DNA from: an uncultured Syntrophomonas sp.
GTDB taxonomy: Bacteria; Bacillota; Syntrophomonadia; Syntrophomonadales; Syntrophomonadaceae
Length of the DNA: 64,000 nt
NCBI GenBank assembly: GCA_964494735.1
Contig: CAZBSD010000004.1
Coordinates: forward strand, 10,988-74,987
Direction: 5' to 3'
Shown in pieces: positions 58,137 to 64,000 of the stretch (the first letter of the stretch is position 1; every line of letters begins with the position of its first letter). Position numbers and translations under genes: made by a program. The notes below the pieces were generated by a model, which was not told the DNA's origin, did no database searches, and saw nothing but the letters and a program-made list of their open reading frames with translations.

Positions 58137-58349
58137 AGATAACCGATCAATGCCCCATTCCAGACCATGGTGCCTGGCGAAAAAATAAATGCCGGAAAGA
58201 AATATTACGGGCAGAATATTTTCAATGCCCCGGTCGGTGGTTCAGGCGGGCATGCCAAATCGAAATTTTGTAGGGCATTGATCTACAGCCAGAGATACGC
58301 TATCATGCCCAGCTGGATACCTGTCGTCAAAAGGTGCCCGACCACCCGG

Positions 58350-59891
58350 CTAGTCTTTTCCTACCCCATTTTCCTCTTCTTTGACCAAAGCCGAATGGTC
58401 GCGTCCGGTATAGTAGTTATACCAGGCCGAGGTCTGGTAGAGATCCCAATTGACCGGGGGCAGATACCGTTGCAATTCATGTTCGCGATGGTAGGCCTTA
58501 AGCATCGAGTAGGCCTTGACCCAAACACATTTCTCCTGGTTGGGAAATACCTCGCACCACCCGTCCCGGCTGCCGCCGCAAGCACCGTTGCGTTGTTTTT
58601 TGGGGCACTTCGACATGGGACACAGGTAAGCCATATCCAGCAAGGCACAGTCACCACAGTCCTTGCAGTCGTTACCGACTACCTTGAGCAGATGCTCAAT
58701 TGGGTAATGGGACGGGTCCCTGACGGCTTGATAGCGCCGCTGTATCCAGGGAAACAGTTTTTCACCAGGGGTGAATGCCAAATGGTGCACGGCCCGCATG
58801 ATGCGGTGATTGAGAGTCACCGGATAGTCCGCCCGAAGTCCGCTCCGCTCCGCCGGAATCGGGGTATTCAACCCGGTATTCGGATCTCTTTCGTAGTAAT
58901 AGAATCCGCCTGGTTGGGGATAATCGAATTCGGAGATAAGCGCCAGCCAATCATGGGCCAGTTCCTCACCTTGGTCAATGATGTATTGCACCTGTTGGTA
59001 ACTGATATTGTGACCGCCCAGGTGCACCCCATCGAAACCCATCCCTTTCATCAAGGCATACATCTTGGCCGCCCTCAGCAAGCGGGCGGCGATCCCTTTA
59101 TCCTCTTCCGCCCTCTCCCGGTCGATCTGGGCCAGGAGTTTATCCGTAACCACACACCCGGGCAGCTGGTTGGAATTCATCATCCGGGCTGCCCCGAACG
59201 GTAGGATGTATATATTACCGATCACCGGTAAGCTGGGCTCACAGGTCCTGACAAACTGTAAAACCTCATGAAACTTGCGGGCATCATAACCCAGTTGGGT
59301 GATGACGAATCCGGCTCCAGCAGCTATTTTCTTCTCCAGCTTATAATACTGAGCCATCAGCTCCGCTTCAGTGGCCTTAAAAGGCGACACCACACATCCG
59401 GCAAAAAATGGGCGGGATTGGGGTTGGTTGGAACCTTGCAGAACAGGGGCCGTCAAGCCTTGATTTATAGCCTGGACCATCTGCAGGACATGGATCGGGT
59501 CCAGGTCAAATACCGGCATGGCACCTCCCTTAAAACCATCAACGGGATAATCCCCGCTCATAACCAACAGGTTGTGAACCCCGGCCCGGTCCAGGGCGTA
59601 GAGCTCGGATTCCATCTGGTTGCGGTTCTTGTCTTTGCAGGTGAAATGGACCAGCGGTTCAATACCCAATTCTACTATTTCCATACCCAGGGAAACAGCT
59701 GATAAAGCCGGCCTTCCGCCGGGATTATCGGTGATGGCCAGGGCATCTACCCATCCCTCCCCGGCTGCCTGTTGGGCGGACCTCATTAGCTCATCCTGTG
59801 ACTTCTCCCGGGCTCCCCGACCGGGGACTAATTCCCAGGTCACCGAAAAGGTGTCAGTACTTAATAAAGAGTCCTTGAATCGGTTGCTAAT
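58350..59891 (-). CDS. metF: methylenetetrahydrofolate reductase (MetF-like) fused to a MetV-type Cys-rich C-terminal domain; probable AUU start
   Basis: The MTHFR core reads ..VHFTCKDKNRNQ.ES.L..L...GV.NLLVMSGD.. The C-terminal domain reads DCKDCGDCALLDMAYLCPMSKCPKKQRNGACGGSRDGWCEV. The ORF-track GTG at 59843 has no SD and truncates the first beta-strand. In-frame upstream sequence reads I-SNRFKDSLLSTDTFSVTWELVPGRG, with ATT 59891..59889 lying 6 nt after GGGAGGAG. Confidence 0.75.
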   Translation of the reverse strand: MSNRFKDSLLSTDTFSVTWELVPGRGAREKSQDELMRSAQQAAGEGWVDALAITDNPGGRPALSAVSLGMEIVELGIEPLVHFTCKDKNRNQMESELYALDRAGVHNLLVMSGDYPVDGFKGGAMPVFDLDPIHVLQMVQAINQGLTAPVLQGSNQPQSRPFFAGCVVSPFKATEAELMAQYYKLEKKIAAGAGFVITQLGYDARKFHEVLQFVRTCEPSLPVIGNIYILPFGAARMMNSNQLPGCVVTDKLLAQIDRERAEEDKGIAARLLRAAKMYALMKGMGFDGVHLGGHNISYQQVQYIIDQGEELAHDWLALISEFDYPQPGGFYYYERDPNTGLNTPIPAERSGLRADYPVTLNHRIMRAVHHLAFTPGEKLFPWIQRRYQAVRDPSHYPIEHLLKVVGNDCKDCGDCALLDMAYLCPMSKCPKKQRNGACGGSRDGWCEVFPNQEKCVWVKAYSMLKAYHREHELQRYLPPVNWDLYQTSAWYNYYTGRDHSALVKEEENGVGKD

Positions 59892-60111
59892 CTCGTTCTC
59901 CTCCCTGCCGCAGACGTGTCCCCGACCAAGGCCAGGCCGGCCAACCTACTGCTGGCACCAGCCGCTATAGGTGGCTCGATCGTCGCTACCAAATGCATTA
60001 TAACACAACCCATCGCCCCCATTTAACTGTTTCGGCCATCGGGCTGGCGGGTGCCAGATACTTTCTTTTTTGCTATCATAAGCAGAAGACCAATTCTGGA
60101 GAAAAGGTTGG

Positions 60112-61935
60112 GTGAGGATGATCAAGCTGACCAAGACACCTTTTATATTCGACGGAGCCATGGGCACCTATTATGCCAGCATCGCCCCGGATCCGCTCAG
60201 CACCTGTGAACTGGCCAACCTGTATGACCGGGAAACAGTTATAAACATTCACCGTCAATACATTAAAGCCGGCTGTCAGGCTATCAAGACCAATACCTTC
60301 GGGGCCAACCGGCTCACTCTGGGATGCGATGACGGGACACTGCAGAGGATCATCGAACAGGGCTTTTTCCTGGCTATGGAAGCTGCCCGGGGGACTGATA
60401 CCCAAGTTTTTGCCGACATAGGTCCGCTGCCGGACGAGGATGATCGTGACCTGTGGGACGACTACCGCCAGGTGGTGGACATGTTCCTGGCTCAGGGAGC
60501 CGTCAATTTCTTGTTCGAGACCTTTAGCAGCGAGGAATACCTGGCCCGTCTGTCCCAATATATAAAAGATAAGAATCCATCGGCATACGTCATTGTATCC
60601 TTTGCGGTGTCCCCGGAAGGACTGACCCGGTTGGGCAAATCGGGGCGCCAGCTGCTGGAGCAGGTGCTGCCGGTGTCAGCCATCGATGCCGCTGGCTTCA
60701 ACTGCTATTCCGGCCCTTCCCATCTGCTGGAATACATAAAAACCCTGCACATCGGAGACAAAACCATCTCCATCATGCCCAACTCAGGTTACCCGGCCAT
60801 AATCAACAATCGCACCTTCTTCCAAAATACCAAGGAATATTTTGCCGGCCAGATGCTGGAGATCGCCCGCCAGGGGGCAGCCATACTGGGGGGCTGCTGC
60901 GGCACCACCCCGGAATACATCGAGGAGATGGCAGCCCGGCTGAGATCTTTTAAGCCCGGTCAAGTTGTGAACAAGACACCCTTGGGAAAAGAGATGTTAA
61001 GGAAAGAACCGTTCCGCAATCCCCTCCTGGAGAAGATGGCCCGTGGCTGTAAGATCATCGCCGTCGAACTCGATCCCCCTATCGATACCGACATCGATTT
61101 TTTCCTGGACAGCGCCCGGCTCCTAAAAGAACAGGGCGTCGACGCCATAACCATCGCTGATTCTCCCTTGGCCCGGGCCAGGGTGGACAGCAGTCTCATG
61201 GCCTGCAAACTGAAGCGGGAAATGGGCATAACCCCCATCCCTCACCTCACCTGCCGGGACCGCAACATCAATGCCACCAAGGCCTTACTCTTGGGTTTGA
61301 ACGTCGAGGGGATAAACAACGTGCTGGTAGTGACCGGCGACCCGGTACCCACCGCCCAGCGCGACGAGGTGAAAGGGGTGTTCAGTTTCAACTCGGCGGT
61401 GCTGGCCCGCTATATAAGTAATTTCAACCAGACTACCTTCACCTCCCCATTCAACATCTGCGCGGCCCTGAACGTAAACGCCAGGAACTTCTCCAACGAG
61501 TTGCAGAGAGCCCGCAGAAAGATCGACAACGGGGTGGCCATGTTTTTGACCCAGCCGGTGCTCAGCCCCACAGCGGTGGACAACCTAAGAATCGCTCACC
61601 GCGAACTGGCCGCCAGGATCCTGGGCGGAATCATGCCCATCGTCAGCTATAAAAATGCCTGCTTCATGAACAATGAGATCGCCGGGATAACCGTTGCAGA
61701 AGACATAGTTGAATCGTACCGGGATCTTTCCCAGGAGGAAGCTGGTTCTCTGGCAGTCGAGATAGCAGTCCGATTCGCGCAGGAAATCTATCCATTCGTG
61801 GACGGCTACTACCTCATAACCCCTTTCAAGAGGATCGATATCGTGACTGCGGTGATAGCCCGAATGCAAGCCCTGAAGCCGCTGGTGTCCGCAACCGATA
61901 CTATAGGTTGGGATCCACCGTTCCAATTTGATTGA
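60112..61935 (+). CDS. yitJ: bifunctional homocysteine S-methyltransferase / methylenetetrahydrofolate reductase (YitJ-like)
   Basis: The N-terminal Hcy-binding domain has FDGAMGT, ..TNTFGAN and GGCCGTTPE. The C-terminal MTHFR domain reads ..PHLTCRDRN......L.GL...GI.N.LVVTGD. The start may be ATG 60118 instead of GTG 60112. Confidence 0.85.
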   Translation: MRMIKLTKTPFIFDGAMGTYYASIAPDPLSTCELANLYDRETVINIHRQYIKAGCQAIKTNTFGANRLTLGCDDGTLQRIIEQGFFLAMEAARGTDTQVFADIGPLPDEDDRDLWDDYRQVVDMFLAQGAVNFLFETFSSEEYLARLSQYIKDKNPSAYVIVSFAVSPEGLTRLGKSGRQLLEQVLPVSAIDAAGFNCYSGPSHLLEYIKTLHIGDKTISIMPNSGYPAIINNRTFFQNTKEYFAGQMLEIARQGAAILGGCCGTTPEYIEEMAARLRSFKPGQVVNKTPLGKEMLRKEPFRNPLLEKMARGCKIIAVELDPPIDTDIDFFLDSARLLKEQGVDAITIADSPLARARVDSSLMACKLKREMGITPIPHLTCRDRNINATKALLLGLNVEGINNVLVVTGDPVPTAQRDEVKGVFSFNSAVLARYISNFNQTTFTSPFNICAALNVNARNFSNELQRARRKIDNGVAMFLTQPVLSPTAVDNLRIAHRELAARILGGIMPIVSYKNACFMNNEIAGITVAEDIVESYRDLSQEEAGSLAVEIAVRFAQEIYPFVDGYYLITPFKRIDIVTAVIARMQALKPLVSATDTIGWDPPFQFD

Positions 61936-62008
61936 CGAAGAAGGCCTGTTGAAACCAAGGGCAGCGATGCCTTCCCACTCCCCGTTTACAATGTATGGAT
62001 CGCCCAAC

Positions 62009-62054
62009 AAAAAATCAGGGTTTCAGCCGCGAGTACTGAAACCCTGATTTTTTC
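62009..62054. terminator. bidirectional rho-independent terminator
   Basis: AAAAAATCAGGGTTTCAG-N9-CTGAAACCCTGATTTTTT is a 14-bp stem flanked by A6/T6. It lies between the convergent yitJ-like gene and icd. Confidence 0.85.
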
Positions 62055-62133
62055 TGCTTATGGTATGCGATTGCCTGTTGCTGGGGATGGCTGTGGCTGC
62101 CAATGGCTTAATCCGGATAGATGTACTCCCAGA

Positions 62134-63408
62134 CTACATGTTTTTTATCAACTCATCGGCGAATTGCGAGCACTTGACCTCGGTGGCTCCGTCCATCAGC
62201 CGGGCGAAATCATAAGTGACAATCTTGCTGACAATGGTCTTTTCAATGGAGGCGGTGATGAGGTCGGCCGCCTCATTCCAATGAAGATGCTTGAGCATCA
62301 TGACCGCCGACAGGATGACCGATGAGGGATTAACTTTGTCCAGGCCGGTATATTTGGGAGCCGTCCCGTGGGTGGCCTCGAAAACAGCATGGCCGGTCAA
62401 ATAGTTGATGTTGGCTCCGGGAGCGATGCCGATGCCTCCCACCTGAGCAGCCAGGGCGTCGGAAATATAATCCCCGTTCAGGTTGAGGGTGGCAACCACG
62501 TCAAATTCGCGGGGCCGGGTCAGGATCTGCTGTAAGAAGATATCTGCGATGGCGTCCTTAATGATCAGCTTGCCAGCCTTCTCGGCGTCGGCCTGGGCCT
62601 GGTCAGCAGCCTGGGTACCTTTCTCATCCTTGATACGGTCGTATTCATCCCAGGTGAACACCTTGTCCCCATATTCCTGTTCGGCTACCTCATAGCCCCA
62701 TTGTTTGAAGGCGCCTTCCGTGTATTTCATGATGTTTCCTTTATGCACCAGGGTCACACTCTTGCGTCCTTCCGACAGAGCATAATCGATGGCCGCCCGC
62801 ACCAGTCTTTTGCTGCCCTCCTCCGAAACCGGCTTGATCCCCAACCCTGAACTGCCCGGGAAACGTATCTTGGTCACTCCCAATTCGTTCTGGAGGAAAT
62901 CGATAAGCTTCTGGGCCTGGTCCGAGCCTTGCGGGTATTCGATACCGGCATAGATATCCTCGGTGTTTTCCCGGAATATGACCATATCCACGTCCTCGGG
63001 GCGTTTCACCGGGGAAGGCACCCCCTGGAAATACCGGACCGGGCGCAGGCAGGTATAGAGGTCCAGGCTCTGCCGCAGGGCCACGTTGAGCGATCTGATG
63101 CCGCCCCCAATAGGAGTAGTCAAAGGCCCTTTGATAGCGATTATATATTCGTTGATATCATCCAAGGTAGCCTGGGGCAGCCATTCCCCGGTCAGGTTGA
63201 AGGCTTTCTCCCCGGCCAATACTTCCTTCCAAACGATCCCCCGCTGCCCCTGGTAGGCTTTGTCCACCGCCGCATCCACCACCCGCGATGATGCCGCCCA
63301 GATGTCGGGGCCGGTACCGTCTCCGATAATGAAAGGTATGATGGGATGGTCGGGTACGTTCAGAACCCTATCCTTGACGATTATCTTTTCTCCCTGTATG
63401 CCAGCCAT
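62134..63408 (-). CDS. icd: NADP-dependent isocitrate dehydrogenase
   Basis: 424 aa. Motifs [14 protein letters not shown], ..[19 protein letters not shown].. and [29 protein letters not shown]. Confidence 0.95.
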   Translation of the reverse strand: MAGIQGEKIIVKDRVLNVPDHPIIPFIIGDGTGPDIWAASSRVVDAAVDKAYQGQRGIVWKEVLAGEKAFNLTGEWLPQATLDDINEYIIAIKGPLTTPIGGGIRSLNVALRQSLDLYTCLRPVRYFQGVPSPVKRPEDVDMVIFRENTEDIYAGIEYPQGSDQAQKLIDFLQNELGVTKIRFPGSSGLGIKPVSEEGSKRLVRAAIDYALSEGRKSVTLVHKGNIMKYTEGAFKQWGYEVAEQEYGDKVFTWDEYDRIKDEKGTQAADQAQADAEKAGKLIIKDAIADIFLQQILTRPREFDVVATLNLNGDYISDALAAQVGGIGIAPGANINYLTGHAVFEATHGTAPKYTGLDKVNPSSVILSAVMMLKHLHWNEAADLITASIEKTIVSKIVTYDFARLMDGATEVKCSQFADELIKNM

Positions 63409-63534
63409 GATGAACCCCCTACAATTATTATCTCCAATACAACTTGTCCGATTGATGTTACCGGGAAAACTGACTCTAAACCGGTGTTTCCATTTGGATT
63501 CCGACCAGACCCCGCTCAGTTCGATCTGTCTGAT

Positions 63535-64000
63535 CTACCCTGCCTGGCCATGTTTTTGCTCGGCCAGGAAGCCCTTATAAATATAAGCCATTTCCTTGTC
63601 AAACAGCGACCGCTTCTTTTCGATCGCCATCTGACGGCAGCGGTTCAGGATTTCCTGGGCATCGGCTTCGCTGATTTCAACCCCGTATTCCATAAACTTG
63701 GACTTGATAGCCGCCGAACCGGAATGCTTGCCAATAACTATCTGCCTCTCCAGGCCTACCTCCTCTGGTTTGAAGGCCTCATAGGTGAGCGGGTTCTTCA
63801 GTACTCCGTCACCGTGGATGCCCGACTCGTGGGCAAATATATTCAAGCCTACGATGGGATTGTTGAGACCTAACGCCCGACCGGAAGCTTCCGCTACATA
63901 TAAGGCCACCTCTCTGAGCAGGGTAGTTTCATAACCAACATTGATTTTGAGGAGATGCCTTATGCCCATGATCACCTCCTGGAGTGAGGCGTTGCCGGCT
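63535..64000 (-). CDS. homocitrate/(Re)-citrate/isopropylmalate synthase-family protein, C-terminal part (5' end outside window)
   Basis: The frame is open to the window edge. It reads ..AGNASLQEVIMGIRHLL..., ..FAHESGIHGDGVLKNP.TYE.F.PE.VG..R.IV.GKHSG. There is no LeuA-type regulatory domain. Its position next to icd would fit a Re-citrate synthase, but I cannot decide that from sequence. Confidence 0.7.
   Translation of the reverse strand, partial: AGNASLQEVIMGIRHLLKINVGYETTLLREVALYVAEASGRALGLNNPIVGLNIFAHESGIHGDGVLKNPLTYEAFKPEEVGLERQIVIGKHSGSAAIKSKFMEYGVEISEADAQEILNRCRQMAIEKKRSLFDKEMAYIYKGFLAEQKHGQAG

Noticed and set aside
58145-58283. 11-bp inverted repeat GATCAATGCCC ... GGGCATTGATC, 117 nt apart, between the convergent kinase and metF genes, plus a third TCAATGCCCC copy at about 58222
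   Set aside because: It is a single occurrence with no T-tract and no additional conserved structure. It could be a chance match or an untested terminator. The evidence is insufficient to call a feature.
58167-59204. Long antisense ORFs: 58167..59204 (+), 31936..32973 (-), 17633..18424 (-), 39193..40038 (+), 22633..23433 (+), 44492..44938 (+), 2045..2341 (-)
   Set aside because: Each lies entirely within, and antisense to, a gene with strong motif support (metF, lon, rarA, flxA, fumarase alpha, hdrB, and the 1874..2284 gene). None has an SD or a recognisable motif. These are typical shadow ORFs of moderately GC-rich DNA.
59844-60111. SAM-I, THF or cobalamin riboswitch in the metF / yitJ-like divergent region
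   Set aside because: GGTGCC and GGGAGG strings occur, but in the wrong order and spacing for an S-box. No B12 box or THF core was recognisable by eye. An Rfam scan is still advisable.

Overview
This 64 kb window looks like core chromosome from an endospore-forming, strictly anaerobic Firmicute (Clostridia-like, roughly 50-55% GC by eye). All calls come from reading the sequence and recalling motifs; no database search was run.

I found no rRNA, tRNA, CRISPR array, transposase, integrase or prophage genes. About 60 protein genes are supported.

Gene content:
- Sporulation and cell envelope: intact pro-sigma-K, a SpoVD-like PBP, MltG, VanW, GerM, MurI, PdaA and a glucosaminidase.
- Two Bacillus-like synteny blocks: alaS-ireB-ruvX-DUF1292-mltG-U32, and gerM/murI...rph-rdgB-ysnB.
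- Housekeeping genes: rarA, trxA, lon, sodA, icd and class I fumarase.
- Anaerobic energy and C1 module: hdrCBA-flxDCBA, plus two divergent methylene-THF reductase paralogs.

Items worth a second look:
1. A three-copy, roughly 135-148 nt structured intergenic element. In two copies it is bracketed by locus-specific duplicated hairpins.
2. A tightly coupled four-gene cassette of uncharacterised proteins downstream of pdaA. It ends in a degenerate Hsp70/EutJ-like ASKHA protein.
3. An 893-aa fusion of a class-III aminotransferase with an acyl-ACP-reductase-like domain, a predicted acyl-thioester-to-amine enzyme.
4. Two in-frame UGA (selenocysteine) codons at conserved Cys positions of HdrA and MvhD/FlxD. 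The ORF track splits both genes there.
5. A Met/Pro-rich tail on a GlcD-HdrD fusion protein.
6. An Ala-rich extension on HdrB.
7. A probable AUU start on the MetF-MetV fusion.
8. An atypical ydaO-like leader upstream of the glucosaminidase gene.
9. A sensor kinase with a degenerate ATP-binding domain.
10. A csoR-trxA operon with a near-consensus promoter and a palindromic operator.
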